Shown: positions 43,966 through 54,408, counted from the first letter of the stretch. The stretch is DNA of 64,000 bases from Candidatus Uhrbacteria bacterium (GCA_016188425.1 JACPHX010000002.1:2373-66372), one strand, 5' to 3'. Made by a program: numbers and translations. The notes: generated from the letters alone by a model not told the origin.

Positions 43966-45114
43966 ATGCCCAAGACCAATGCCACCCCGGTCGAACAAAC
44001 CGTTGACCTGTCCCCTCTTGGAAAACTCCTTGAAAACCCTTCCTATCTCCAAATCCCAAAAACAGGGGATGTTGTGAAAGGAAAAATCCTCTCGGTGAAC
44101 CGCCGCGAGGTGCGCCTCGATTTGGCTGGCATGCAGACGGGTGTCGTCCGCGGCCGCGAACTTTTTGCCGAATCGCTTGAGTTCAAACATTTGGATATTG
44201 GCCACGAGGTAGAAGCGACCGTGATCGACATCGAAAACGAAAACGGCGAAGTCGAACTTTCTTTCCGTTTTGCGGGTCAAAAGAAAGCGTGGGAAGAATT
44301 GCGCCGCCTCTTCACATCCAATGAACCGGTCGAGGTCAAAATCCTCGAAGCAAACAAAGGCGGTCTGTTGGTACGCGTGGAGCACATCAACGGTTTCCTC
44401 CCTGTCTCCCAGCTCGCTCCAGACCACTACCCGCGCGTCACTGGTGGCGACAAGCAGAAAATCCTGGAGCGTTTGAAGAGCTATGTCGGCGACACCTTTA
44501 AAGCCCGCATCCTGGACATGAACGAAGAAGATGAAAAGCTTATCGTGTCTGAAAAAGCCGTCTGGGAAGAATCGCAAAAGAACATCATCTCCAAATACAA
44601 AGTCGGAAGTCTCGTAGAGGGAGATGTCACCGCCATCGCGGACTTCGGCGCCTTCGTAAAATTCGACGGCCTGGAAGGGCTCGTACACATCAGCGAAATC
44701 GCCTGGCAGCGTATAGACCACCCACGCGACTTGCTGCACCTGGGCCAGCACGTGAAAGCGGAAATCATCGGCTTGGAAGGAAGCAAGATCTTCCTCTCGA
44801 TGAAGAAGCTCGTCTCCGACCCATGGCAGACAATCAGCGAACGCTACAAGGTTGGCGACGTGGTGCAGGGCAAGGTACTGAAAGTGAACCCGTTCGGCTT
44901 CTTCGTGGAGCTCGATCCGGAAATCCATGGCCTCGCCCATGTAAGCGAACTCTCCGACGCGCCTATCAAGAATATCGACGAGATCGGCAAAATCGGCGAA
45001 ACGCTCCCCTTCAAGATCGTCTCGATTGAACCACAGGAACATCGCCTGGGCCTCTCGATCAAAGCTATCAAAGCCAAGGAAGAGACCAAAGAAAAGGAAG
45101 CCAAGAAAGAATAG
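43966..45114 (+). CDS. rpsA: 30S ribosomal protein S1 (four S1 domains)
   Basis: Repeated S1 OB-fold signatures (GDVVKGKILSV, GSLVEGDVTAIADFGAFV, GDVVQGKVLKVNPFGFFV). Confidence 0.85.
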   Translation: MPKTNATPVEQTVDLSPLGKLLENPSYLQIPKTGDVVKGKILSVNRREVRLDLAGMQTGVVRGRELFAESLEFKHLDIGHEVEATVIDIENENGEVELSFRFAGQKKAWEELRRLFTSNEPVEVKILEANKGGLLVRVEHINGFLPVSQLAPDHYPRVTGGDKQKILERLKSYVGDTFKARILDMNEEDEKLIVSEKAVWEESQKNIISKYKVGSLVEGDVTAIADFGAFVKFDGLEGLVHISEIAWQRIDHPRDLLHLGQHVKAEIIGLEGSKIFLSMKKLVSDPWQTISERYKVGDVVQGKVLKVNPFGFFVELDPEIHGLAHVSELSDAPIKNIDEIGKIGETLPFKIVSIEPQEHRLGLSIKAIKAKEETKEKEAKKE

Positions 45115-45131
45115 TAATTTGGAGGAACCGG

Positions 45132-46985
45132 ATGGGAAGACGAAAGTCTTCCCATCTTGGTTCTCCACCCACTATGAAACCACTTTCCAAACAACTCATC
45201 GCCGTCCTCGTTGGTCTCCTGCTCATCTCCGCCGTCTTTGCGAATATGCGGCTCTCCGGCGCGAAGCCTGCGGTCTTATCAATGAAAGACATCGCCGCTC
45301 ACGTGCAAGCCGCGGATCTCAAATCCATCGAAATCGAGGGGAGCAACCTCAAGATCACGGGGAAAGACGATGTCATCTACACCTCAAAGAAGGAACCGGA
45401 TGCTCCGCTCTCCGAGCAGCTTGCCCAATACGGCGTCACGGCAGAGAACCTCAAAAACGTCGACATCAAGGTCGTTGAAAAAGGGGCGCGCGACTATATT
45501 CTTGGCGTACTCCTCCCTTCGCTTCTTCCGATCATCCTCCTGGTGGGCGTGTTCTATTTCATGCTCCGTTCCATGCAAGGGGCAAATAACCGCGCCATGA
45601 GCTTCGGCCAAAGTAATGCGCGGGAAAACACGCCGGAGTCTGGGAAAAAGGTGACGTTTGCAGACGTCGCAGGTGCGAAAGAACCCAAGGAAGAGCTGGA
45701 AGAGGTTGTAGACTTCCTCAAGAACCCGAAAAAATTTGCCGACCTGGGCGCGAAGCTCCCCAAGGGTGTCCTTTTGATGGGACGTCCTGGAACAGGAAAA
45801 ACACTCATGGCGCGAGCGGTCGCTGGTGAGGCGAACGTTCCGTTCTTCCACTTGAGCGGCTCTGAATTTGTCGAAATGTTCGTCGGCGTTGGCGCCTCGC
45901 GCGTGCGCGACCTCTTTGCGAAAGCAAAAAAGGCGGCGCCCTGCATTATTTTCATCGATGAGATAGACGCGGTCGGACGCCAGCGCGGCGCCGGCTTGGG
46001 AGGCGGACACGACGAACGCGAACAAACCTTGAACCAGATCCTCGTGGAGATGGACGGCTTCGATCCGCACCTGGGCGTCATCGTGATCGCGGCCACCAAC
46101 CGCCCCGACGTGCTGGATCCTGCCTTATTGCGCCCCGGCCGCTTTGACCGGCGCGTCACGATGAACCTCCCCGACATCAGCGAACGAGAGGCCATCCTTG
46201 CCGTGCATGCCAAAGACAAACCTATGGCTCCCGATGCCAACCTGCGCCGTGTCGCAGAACGCACCGTCGGTTTTGCCGGCGCCGATCTCATGAACCTCCT
46301 CAATGAGGCCGCGATCCGCGCCGCGCGCCGCAACGACAAGTTGGTCACGCAAGAAGACATCCTCCTGTCCATCGAGAAAGTATTGCTTGGCCCTGAACGC
46401 CGCAGCTCTGTCGTTTCCGAAGAAGAGAAAAAAATGACCGCCTACCACGAAGCCGGCCATGCGCTTGTCGGGCACTTACTTCCCAACACCGACCCGATCC
46501 ACAAGGTATCGATCATCTCCCGTGGGAATGCGGGCGGCTACACAATGCACCTTCCTTCCGAAGACCGCCGCTTCCACAAGAAAGCCCAATTCGTCGACAC
46601 GATGGCTATGATGCTGGGCGGCTACGTCGTAGAGCAAGAGGTCTTCGGCGACCTGTCGACGGGGGCGTCCGATGATTTGCGCAAATGCTCCCAGCTCGCC
46701 CGCGAGCTCGTGACCCGCTACGGCATGAGCGAAGAGCTCGGGCCACTCGTCTTTGGCGAAGGCCAAGACATGATCTTCCTGGGCCGGGACCTGCACGACG
46801 CGCGCAACTACTCGGAGCACACCGCACAGCGCATCGACGAGGAGGTAAAAAAATTCGTCTTTAGCGCATTGGAAAGCGCTCGTGCTATAATTCGAAAGGA
46901 GCGTGCGTCGCTTGATAAAATAGCGAACGCTCTCCTCGAAAAAGAAACGATTGAAAAAGAAGCATTCGAGGCCTTACTCGCTTGA
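45132..46985 (+). CDS. ftsH: ATP-dependent zinc metalloprotease FtsH
   Basis: Two N-terminal TM helices, AAA+ Walker [18 protein letters not shown] zinc site. An alternative start at 45174 is possible. Confidence 0.95.
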   Translation: MGRRKSSHLGSPPTMKPLSKQLIAVLVGLLLISAVFANMRLSGAKPAVLSMKDIAAHVQAADLKSIEIEGSNLKITGKDDVIYTSKKEPDAPLSEQLAQYGVTAENLKNVDIKVVEKGARDYILGVLLPSLLPIILLVGVFYFMLRSMQGANNRAMSFGQSNARENTPESGKKVTFADVAGAKEPKEELEEVVDFLKNPKKFADLGAKLPKGVLLMGRPGTGKTLMARAVAGEANVPFFHLSGSEFVEMFVGVGASRVRDLFAKAKKAAPCIIFIDEIDAVGRQRGAGLGGGHDEREQTLNQILVEMDGFDPHLGVIVIAATNRPDVLDPALLRPGRFDRRVTMNLPDISEREAILAVHAKDKPMAPDANLRRVAERTVGFAGADLMNLLNEAAIRAARRNDKLVTQEDILLSIEKVLLGPERRSSVVSEEEKKMTAYHEAGHALVGHLLPNTDPIHKVSIISRGNAGGYTMHLPSEDRRFHKKAQFVDTMAMMLGGYVVEQEVFGDLSTGASDDLRKCSQLARELVTRYGMSEELGPLVFGEGQDMIFLGRDLHDARNYSEHTAQRIDEEVKKFVFSALESARAIIRKERASLDKIANALLEKETIEKEAFEALLA

Positions 46986-47003
46986 TAGACCCGGAAGGAG
47001 GAT

Positions 47004-47975
47004 GTGAAACTCTCGTTCAAACCCTACCGCCACCTCTTATTGGAGGCCTGGCAACAAACCTGCAAACATCCGCATCTTTGGTTATGCGGCGTGTTTGCAG
47101 GTTTTGCGTCTCTGGGCGGGTTCTCCCATCTTCCCCTGTTGGTTCCTTCCAGCCCGCAAGCCGTCCGTACGTTTATCCGATCATTCCTAGAGCCGGGACA
47201 AACCTTCGACGCCTTTGCCGAGGTTGTTCGGTTCTTCATGCGCCATACGCCCCAAGAAATATTTTGGTATATCGCTCTTCTGGTTCTTTTTTGCGCCATG
47301 CTGCTTGTAACAGTATCTATATGCCAAGCCGGTATTCTTGCCGGCCTGCGCGAAGCCGATCCCCAGCGCCCCTCCGATGTGCTGCGCCTCGCCCGCCCAT
47401 TTTTTCTCCGAGTGATTGGGGTGGATCTGGCGTATAAAGCAGTACTGACATTGTTGCTGTTCATCGGTTCTTGTCCGCTGTTGCTCCTGTCTACCCATCA
47501 GACGCCCGGCCGAGCATGGTTCGCCTTCCTGTCTCTGCTTCTTGTTATTCCCGCCGCCCTTTTGTGGCAACTCTTGAGCACCCTTACGCTTGTAGGGGTG
47601 GTTCGAGCCGACCGATCCATCATCCACAGCACCCATGATGCGTGGGTTATCTTCCGAAGGCACCCGCTCGCCACGGTCGAATTTGCCGTCCTGGTTCTCC
47701 TTATGACCGCTGGTATTCTCCTCGTGAGCGCTACCGTTCTCATATTGGTGCTTATCCCGTTGCGTTCATTCTTGCTGCTCCTCTCCTCCTCCCTCCCTCC
47801 TCCCCTCCAATCGATGGACGACCTCTTCATCCTGTTTGTGAGCATCGGCTTCCCAACTATCGTGGGCGGCATCATGACGGTTTTTTCTTACGCGGCTTGG
47901 CAGCGTTTTTATGAACATGCCGCCCCGCTCACCGTCCGTTTTCCCATCATCGCCAAACTGCGTCGGCTCTTCTGA
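47004..47975 (+). CDS. Hypothetical polytopic membrane protein
   Basis: 323 aa, ~6-7 predicted TM helices. Confidence 0.45.
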   Translation: MKLSFKPYRHLLLEAWQQTCKHPHLWLCGVFAGFASLGGFSHLPLLVPSSPQAVRTFIRSFLEPGQTFDAFAEVVRFFMRHTPQEIFWYIALLVLFCAMLLVTVSICQAGILAGLREADPQRPSDVLRLARPFFLRVIGVDLAYKAVLTLLLFIGSCPLLLLSTHQTPGRAWFAFLSLLLVIPAALLWQLLSTLTLVGVVRADRSIIHSTHDAWVIFRRHPLATVEFAVLVLLMTAGILLVSATVLILVLIPLRSFLLLLSSSLPPPLQSMDDLFILFVSIGFPTIVGGIMTVFSYAAWQRFYEHAAPLTVRFPIIAKLRRLF

Positions 47976-48022
47976 AGTCCGCCGCCCGTTGTGGTATCAT
48001 CGACGGGTGAAACCTCTTCTCT

Positions 48023-49750
48023 ATGGCATCGGACATCCCCTCCATTGATGATTTGTTGACATCCAAAGGCGCGGGCCCTTCGGGAAGCACGCAACAGGTT
48101 GCCGTCAGCAAACTGAAGGAAAAGATGGGAACCATCCATCTCAAAGAAAAAGAAGAGGAAACGGCAAAGGCCGCGGCGGCGGCCGGCCTTCCGTATGTGA
48201 ACCTCAAAGGATTCCCCATAAGCCCCGATGCCATCACGCAAATTCCGAAAGCACAAGCGATGGAGCTGAACATCGTCTGTTTTCTGAATACCGGAAGCGA
48301 TGTACGCCTTGGAACAACGAACGCGTCCAATCCGCAAGCAAAGGAACTCCTCTTCCAAATACAGGAACGTCTGGAAGCAAAGGGGGGGCTGTATCTCATT
48401 TCAGAAGCGAGTCTCAAAGAAGCGATCGCGTTTTATGATCGGCTGCCGAAAATTCGGCAGATCATTAAGGGCGTGAAGATCACCTCCGACGAATTGAACA
48501 AATTTTCCGTCTCGAGCAAAACGCCGGAGCAGATACGCGAGTCGCTTGAAAAAGCGAACGTAACTGACATCGTGACGATTCTGATTGCAGCCGCCCTCGA
48601 ACTCAACTCGAGCGATATCCACGTAGAAGCGGAACAAAGCGGCATTGTCGTCCGGTTGCGCATCGACGGCATCTTGCAGGAAATCGCAACCCTCCCGCTG
48701 GAACAATGGAAAAAGATTGTCTCGCGCATCAAGCTGTTCAGCGGGCTCAAAATCAATATTACCGACACCCCCCAAGACGGCCGCTTCACCATTTTCCTCC
48801 AAAGTGGCGATACCGACGTCCGCGTCTCTTGCATCCCCACCACTTGGGGAGAATCCGTCGTCATGCGCGTCCTCAAGGCGTCCGCCATCCAAGTTGAATT
48901 CAACGAACTCGGATTCCGGCCACCCGCCGAAAAAAGATTGCGCGGGGAAATCAACAAGCCCTTCGGCATGATCCTTTCGACCGGGCCGACCGGTTCGGGA
49001 AAAACGACCACGCTCTACACCATCCTGCGGCTCAAAGCGCAGCCGGATATAAAAGTCATCACCCTGGAAGATCCGATCGAGTACAAACTGGAAGGAATCA
49101 ACCAATCACAGATCGACCGCACGAAAGAATACACCTTCGTGACCGGCTTGCGCGCCATCCTTCGCCAGGATCCAGACGTGCTGATGGTGGGAGAAATCCG
49201 CGACCTGGAAACCGCCGAGGTCGCCATCAATGCCTCCCTCACCGGCCACCTCCTCCTCTCCACCCTCCACACCAACGACGCCGCCGGCGCTCTGCCGCGA
49301 TTGCTCTCCATGGGCGTGAAGCCGTTCCTGCTCGCCCCGGCTCTAAACGCGATCATGGGGCAACGTTTGTTGCGACGCGTCTGTACAAAGTGCGGAGTTC
49401 CTGCCACACCGACTCCCGAGACAACGGCGGCTATCCGTGATGCGCTTGCGTCTCTCCCGACCAATTCAGGAGAGACTGTCCCACCAGAGGCGCAGTGGAA
49501 AGTCGTCGCCCCCAAAGGATGCGAGGCCTGCCACAACACCGGCTACAAAGGCCGCGTCGGTTTGTTTGAGGTGCTCCTCATGGACAAACAAATCGAACAG
49601 GCCATGAACGACAATCTCTCGGAAGTAAAAATGAAAGAATTGGCCGCCGCACAGGGAATGGTCACCCTGCGGCAGGATGGAATGCTGAAAGTGCTCGATG
49701 GGATCACGACGATTGAAGAAGTGATGCGCGTGACAGCGCAGGAGAAATAA
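48023..49750 (+). CDS. Type IV pilus / type II secretion assembly ATPase (PilB/GspE family)
   Basis: GspE N-terminal domain, Walker A GPTGSGKTTT, Asp/His boxes, C-terminal tetracysteine CTKC...CEAC. Confidence 0.85.
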   Translation: MASDIPSIDDLLTSKGAGPSGSTQQVAVSKLKEKMGTIHLKEKEEETAKAAAAAGLPYVNLKGFPISPDAITQIPKAQAMELNIVCFLNTGSDVRLGTTNASNPQAKELLFQIQERLEAKGGLYLISEASLKEAIAFYDRLPKIRQIIKGVKITSDELNKFSVSSKTPEQIRESLEKANVTDIVTILIAAALELNSSDIHVEAEQSGIVVRLRIDGILQEIATLPLEQWKKIVSRIKLFSGLKINITDTPQDGRFTIFLQSGDTDVRVSCIPTTWGESVVMRVLKASAIQVEFNELGFRPPAEKRLRGEINKPFGMILSTGPTGSGKTTTLYTILRLKAQPDIKVITLEDPIEYKLEGINQSQIDRTKEYTFVTGLRAILRQDPDVLMVGEIRDLETAEVAINASLTGHLLLSTLHTNDAAGALPRLLSMGVKPFLLAPALNAIMGQRLLRRVCTKCGVPATPTPETTAAIRDALASLPTNSGETVPPEAQWKVVAPKGCEACHNTGYKGRVGLFEVLLMDKQIEQAMNDNLSEVKMKELAAAQGMVTLRQDGMLKVLDGITTIEEVMRVTAQEK

Positions 49751-49806
49751 CAACGACACTCTTAGAAAGAAAAATCCATCGCGTCCAAAGACGATAGATT
49801 TTTAAT

Positions 49807-50223
49807 TTAGGAAGGGATCGTAATGGTTCGTGTCTGTTCTCCTGTGTGTTCAAACCGGATCTCCTGGTGCGCGATCGGCAGAATATTCTTCGGCCATTCG
49901 ATGAGGAGGATCGTGTCCGTCCTCCCGGCGTATTCCTGGAGCCCCAGCTCCCGCGCATCCACCGGTTTGTCGATGCGGTACAGGTCGGCGTGGATGATCT
50001 GTTTGATGACGGGATGGGTTGTTTTATATATCTGCACCAGCGTAAACGTCGGACTGCGCACGGCATCGGTGGCTCCGAGCGCCGCCGCGACCGCGCGCAC
50101 GAAGGTTGTCTTTCCTGCCCCGAGGTCGCCCTCAAGATACACAACCTCCCCGCCATGGAGGGTGGAAGCAAATCGAGCGGCTATGTCGGCGGTTTGTTGT
50201 GGGGAATTGGTTTCGTATTTCAT
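49807..50223 (-). CDS. tsaE: tRNA threonylcarbamoyladenosine biosynthesis protein TsaE
   Basis: GDLGAGKTTFVRA P-loop; 138 aa. Confidence 0.85.
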   Translation of the reverse strand: MKYETNSPQQTADIAARFASTLHGGEVVYLEGDLGAGKTTFVRAVAAALGATDAVRSPTFTLVQIYKTTHPVIKQIIHADLYRIDKPVDARELGLQEYAGRTDTILLIEWPKNILPIAHQEIRFEHTGEQTRTITIPS

Positions 50224-50274
50224 ATCAATTCAACAATTCAATTCTATAGGCGGGGTCTGGGGATCCCGCCTATT

Positions 50275-51378
50275 TTATGAAGATGATTCCCCCAACCGCA
50301 ATCCCGGATCCGCCGCGAGTGTCAGCGGATCCACGAATTTCCCCGCCTTCGCATTGAAATATCCCGCGATGCCGATCATGGCCGCGTTGTCTCCTGTGAG
50401 AGACAGGTCTGGAACGAACAGCGTGACACCCTCCTTGTCCGCCATCTCTTGCATACGCTCCCGCAGCCGTCGGTTCGCCGACACGCCGCCGACCACGCAC
50501 AACGATTTCGGCCGCACCTTCTCGATGGCTTTTTGCGTTTTGAGGACGAGACAATCCACAATCGCTTCCTGAATCGACGCACACACATCCGACAACGCCG
50601 CCGGCGCTGCCGTGCCTTTCACATAATGCAGGACCGCCGTCTTGAGCCCCGAGAAACTAAAATCCAAATCCCCCGAATCCATCATCGGCCGCGGAAACGC
50701 GACCGCATCTATTTTTCCAGCTGCCTGCTGCAAGCTGCCTGCTGCAAGCTTCCCCATCATCGCCCCCCCCGGATACCCCAGCCCCAGTAGCTTCGCCGTC
50801 TTATCAAACGCCTCCCCCGCCGCATCATCCCTCGTCTCCCCGAGGCGTTCATACAAGCCATGTCCCCGCATAAGGATCAATTCCGTGTGACCGCCCGAGA
50901 CGATCAGCGCCACCGCCGGAAATTCCGGAATTCCCCTTTTCCCTTTCCGATTTTCGATTTTCGAATTTGTTTCGGATTTCGGATTTCGAATTTCGAATTT
51001 CTCCGTCTGGTTCCTCCAGACGGAGTAGATGTGCCCTTCCAAATGATTCACGGGAACCAATGGTTTTTGCCAACTCCAGGATAATGCTTTGGCGGTTTCA
51101 ACACCGATGCGTAACGCGGGCAACAACCCGGGCCCCGCCGTGACGGCCACGGCATCGATCTCGTTTCCATCTCGAGGAATCTCTAACAGATCCAGCATCG
51201 GGAACAGACGTTCAATGTGGGCACGCGCGGCCACCTCCGGCACGACTCCTCCGTACTTGGCATGGATGTCCACTTGGGAAGAAACCAAATGCCGCTCAAT
51301 GCCAACCGACCCCGTCGCATCGGAGATGATCGCAAGGGCCGTTTCGTCACAACTTGTTTCGATCGCCAGGATGCGCAT
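50275..51378 (-). CDS. tsaD: tRNA N6-adenosine threonylcarbamoyltransferase TsaD, with a ~27-aa low-complexity insertion
   Basis: MRILAIETSCDETALAI...HLEGH...SGGHTELI Kae1/TsaD motifs. The insertion NQTEKFEIRNPKSETNSKIENRKGKRGI is encoded by TTCGAAA/TTCGGAAA tandem repeats. Confidence 0.9.
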   Translation of the reverse strand: MRILAIETSCDETALAIISDATGSVGIERHLVSSQVDIHAKYGGVVPEVAARAHIERLFPMLDLLEIPRDGNEIDAVAVTAGPGLLPALRIGVETAKALSWSWQKPLVPVNHLEGHIYSVWRNQTEKFEIRNPKSETNSKIENRKGKRGIPEFPAVALIVSGGHTELILMRGHGLYERLGETRDDAAGEAFDKTAKLLGLGYPGGAMMGKLAAGSLQQAAGKIDAVAFPRPMMDSGDLDFSFSGLKTAVLHYVKGTAAPAALSDVCASIQEAIVDCLVLKTQKAIEKVRPKSLCVVGGVSANRRLRERMQEMADKEGVTLFVPDLSLTGDNAAMIGIAGYFNAKAGKFVDPLTLAADPGLRLGESSS

Positions 51379-51504
51379 AAGGGCAAAAGATTACCATTGA
51401 ATCCTTGAGAAAAACAAGGATTTGGGATTTCTATTGTTATAGTGGTGGAAATTGCAGAAGAGGTGGTACTCTTGATAAAAGTTAACTCTCTATGGAATAA
51501 ATAT

Positions 51505-52128
51505 ATGCTGAAACGACTCAATCCGCTGCACGAATACTTTCTTCTCCATTTAAACATTGTCGTCCGCCTACTCATTCTCTCCGATGTTGTGTGGATGGGT
51601 GCCTTGGGATTTCTCAGCCCCATCTTCGCCATATTCATCCTCGACAACATCAAGGGGGGGAACGAGGCGGTCGTCGGTGTGGCGGCGTCGATCTATCTCG
51701 TCACGAAAAGCCTGATGCAGATCCCCGCCGCCGCGATTATCGATCGTATCCGAGGAGAAAAAGATGATTTCTGGATTATGTTCATCGGTTCCTTGATGGG
51801 CGCCTCCATTCCCCTCTCTTATCTTTTCATCCACACACCAATTCAACTGTATATTACCCAATTCGTTCTTGGTGTGGTCATCGCCTTCACCTTCCCCTCC
51901 TACATGGCTATCTTTACTCGCCATATCGATAAAAAACGAGAGGGAACAGATTGGGGTATCTATTTCACCCTGACCGATTTGAGCTCGGCAGCGACCGCGG
52001 CTATTGGCGGCGTCATGGCCGCAACACTAGGCTATCACGCCGTCATCTTCACTATGGTTGCCATCAGCCTGTTTGGAGCATGTGCGCTGTTCCCCATCCG
52101 CAAGCATCTCATCAGAACACCACGATGA
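51505..52128 (+). CDS. MFS-like 6-TM membrane protein. Resembles one half of an MFS transporter; possibly truncated
   Basis: Six hydrophobic helices and a DRIRGEKDD loop resembling the MFS D-R-x-G-R motif. Start re-placed at MLKRLNPL. Confidence 0.45.
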   Translation: MLKRLNPLHEYFLLHLNIVVRLLILSDVVWMGALGFLSPIFAIFILDNIKGGNEAVVGVAASIYLVTKSLMQIPAAAIIDRIRGEKDDFWIMFIGSLMGASIPLSYLFIHTPIQLYITQFVLGVVIAFTFPSYMAIFTRHIDKKREGTDWGIYFTLTDLSSAATAAIGGVMAATLGYHAVIFTMVAISLFGACALFPIRKHLIRTPR

Positions 52129-52195
52129 GGGAAGAGGGAAAGGGGGTCAGGTCGTGAATTGACGGTTCTTGCCATTTTGCTAAGAAATCTTGCCA

Positions 52196-52615
52196 TTATT
52201 CCTGCGCACTCCAATCAACGGTACGCGCGGCTTTTTTCTTTTTCATCCCCTCCTTCTCCCGCAGCCGTCTTTCTTTGGAAGCGCGCGACGGCCGCGTCGG
52301 AATCCTCTCTTTCTCTGGTACCAACGCTTCCTCAACCATCTGTCGCAACAGCGCGACGGCCCGTTCCCGATTCTGGACTTGCGACCGTTCTTCTTCACAA
52401 ACAACGAGGAGATCCCCTTCGGTTGTCATCCGTGTCGCCAACTGTTCCTTGATCCTCTGCTTCTGCGCATCAGAAACCGCCGCCGACCGATCGACGTTCC
52501 ACCGCACCTGCACCTTCGTCTCCCGCCGGTTCACGTTTTGCCCGCCGGCGCCGGAAGATCGCGAGAATTCAAAGACAAGTTCAGATTCGGGGATAAACAA
52601 TAGAGGATCAGTCAT
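52196..52615 (-). CDS. arfB: Peptidyl-tRNA hydrolase ArfB (alternative ribosome-rescue factor B)
   Basis: GGQ motif (SRSSGAGGQNVNRRETKV) plus a basic C-terminal tail. 139 aa. Confidence 0.8.
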   Translation of the reverse strand: MTDPLLFIPESELVFEFSRSSGAGGQNVNRRETKVQVRWNVDRSAAVSDAQKQRIKEQLATRMTTEGDLLVVCEEERSQVQNRERAVALLRQMVEEALVPEKERIPTRPSRASKERRLREKEGMKKKKAARTVDWSAQE

Positions 52616-52639
52616 AGATGAATGTATTCTACATTCGAT

Positions 52640-52880
52640 GTCTCCTCTTTGTGAACGTTTGTTACAATAAGAAGGCCGTGGGGGTGGTCGAGTACGAAAC
52701 CAGGATTGTCATCCATGGTTTCCGGGGTGCAAATCCCCGCACCTCCACGGCATAAAAGTCATTGACTATTTCTATTTTTACTGATACTATTTATTCGGAT
52801 GACAATCCTGGATAGAGTACTCGATCGAAATACCAATCCCCGGAAACGGGGATTTTGGTTTTTTAATATTGACCAACCCA
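52640..52880 (+). promoter_or_regulatory. Structured leader upstream of the VanW-family gene: a cloverleaf-like element, a 15+8-nt long-range inverted repeat, and a terminator
   Basis: GCCGTGG...CCACGGC terminal stem enclosing three hairpins. CCAGGATTGTCATCC (52701-52715) is perfectly complementary to GGATGACAATCCTGG (52799-52813). AATCCCCGGAAACGGGGATTTTGGTTTTTT terminator at ~52838-52867. Confidence 0.4.
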
Positions 52881-52946
52881 AAGATTCCCGCTATCCTCGC
52901 CGCTTCTCATAAACTGTCCTTTTTCATAGTTTCGTAACGTTGTCCT

Positions 52947-53750
52947 ATGCCCGCCCTCTCCACCAAACACCCTCTCCTCTATAAAGCCGCCGTCGCAAAA
53001 GGACGTCTGCTTCGCCATGCCCGCTGGGCACGAACACGCCTCGCGACGCATCGGCAGGCAGACCCTCTGGCGATACGCATCACCTCTCATCAGAGCACAC
53101 TCATGCGCAAACTCGGCGATGTCGACATGCGCCTCCAACGCAACAAGGTGACCAACCTTCGCTTGGCGGCCGACGGCATCAATGGCGTCCTCATCCGCAC
53201 CGGCGAGACGCTCTCCCTTTGGAAACTCATCGGGAATTCCACCGCCAAGCGCGGATTCCTTCCTGGGATACTTCTCTCAAACGGGAAAATCCTTGAAGGC
53301 GTTGGAGGCGGACTTTGCCAGATGGCCAATCTCGTCTATTGGATGGCCCTCCATTCCCCACTGACCGTCACGGAACGCCACCGCCACAGCTATGACATCT
53401 TTCCCGATTCAGGACGAACGGTTCCGTTTGGAACCGGCGCGACTTTGTTTTACAACTACATGGACCTTTCGATCAAAAATGAAACCGACCAGACATTCCA
53501 AGTGATGGTGTCGCTCACCGACGAACATCTCAAAGGAGAAATCCGATCGGAAAAAGAATGGCCGGTCTCTTACCGCCTTCTCGAGCGCGCCCATCGTTTT
53601 TCCAAGGACGAAAACGGCGCCGTATTCCGCCACAACGAGATCCATCGCCAGACGATCGACCGGACGACCGGCAACACTGTTTCCGACGACCTGCTCTACA
53701 AGAACAATTGCCCCGTGCTCTACGAGGTGGATCCGTCCAACATCGGATAA
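52947..53750 (+). CDS. VanW-family protein
   Basis: VanW-domain signature GGGLCQMANLVYW plus surrounding conserved blocks. The start may be internal. Confidence 0.7.
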   Translation: MPALSTKHPLLYKAAVAKGRLLRHARWARTRLATHRQADPLAIRITSHQSTLMRKLGDVDMRLQRNKVTNLRLAADGINGVLIRTGETLSLWKLIGNSTAKRGFLPGILLSNGKILEGVGGGLCQMANLVYWMALHSPLTVTERHRHSYDIFPDSGRTVPFGTGATLFYNYMDLSIKNETDQTFQVMVSLTDEHLKGEIRSEKEWPVSYRLLERAHRFSKDENGAVFRHNEIHRQTIDRTTGNTVSDDLLYKNNCPVLYEVDPSNIG

Positions 53751-53779
53751 GAGGCCATGCGGCCTCTTTTTCGTTCCCA

Positions 53780-53808
53780 TTGACACGCCCCGCGACGCCC
53801 CGTATGAT
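53780..53808 (+). promoter_or_regulatory. Consensus sigma70-type promoter; the ATG follows 12 nt after the -10 (leaderless or near-leaderless)
   Basis: TTGACA, 17-nt spacer, TATGAT. Confidence 0.55.
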
Positions 53809-53820
53809 CGCGCTCGTACC

Positions 53821-54369
53821 ATGCACAAAAAAATAGAACCGGTGCAGCTGCGCATCGAGGATACCCTCGTCCTCCTGGTTGCCTTCGATCGCCACACGGA
53901 TATAGACCTGCTCGCGGAAACCGTCGCGGACCAGTCTTATCCCAAAGTGGGGATCCTGGGACGCTTGAGCGACGGGCCCGTCATCAGCTTCATCCGGCGC
54001 CTGCAAAACAGGAAAATCGACGTGGAGTCGCACCAGCACGAAACCTCCGTCGCCTGTGGCGCGTACAAGGACGGCAACACGCTGCTCATGGCCCGACTGG
54101 ATCCGTTCGGCTTCCTCCTCGCCCTGAAGGCGATCGGCATCACCTACAGCGGCATCGAGGCGGATATCCACGCCTTCGATCAAGAAGAACGCGAGCCGCC
54201 CACACGAAACGGCAAGTTCCTGCAAGACGGCTGGAACAGCATCCCCCACGCGTCGCTTGCCGACATCGACCTGTCCCTTGCCATCGGGTCTCTGTTCAAA
54301 GGGTTCGCCCTGCGAATCAAAGATCAACATGCGGGCATGACCGTCGCAAGCCCGACCCTCGTCTCCTAG
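53821..54369 (+). CDS. Hypothetical protein (182 aa)
   Basis: ORF immediately downstream of a consensus promoter; no recognised family. Confidence 0.4.
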   Translation: MHKKIEPVQLRIEDTLVLLVAFDRHTDIDLLAETVADQSYPKVGILGRLSDGPVISFIRRLQNRKIDVESHQHETSVACGAYKDGNTLLMARLDPFGFLLALKAIGITYSGIEADIHAFDQEEREPPTRNGKFLQDGWNSIPHASLADIDLSLAIGSLFKGFALRIKDQHAGMTVASPTLVS

Positions 54370-54408
54370 GGACTTCAGCACATCGCTGACGTCCTTTTCT
54401 TTTTTCCA

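Noticed and set aside
51505-52128. Considered calling the 6-TM MFS-like ORF a pseudogene
   Set aside because: It cannot be distinguished from a genuine half-size transporter without the upstream half. No disrupted N-terminal fragment is visible between tsaD and this ORF.
52640-52720. Possible canonical tRNA or tmRNA in the arfB-VanW spacer
   Set aside because: It folds into a four-way junction with a T-arm-like hairpin, but the 12-bp terminal stem, the 4-nt 'anticodon' loop and the missing D-arm geometry do not fit a functional tRNA or the tmRNA tRNA-like domain. It is reported as a structured leader instead.
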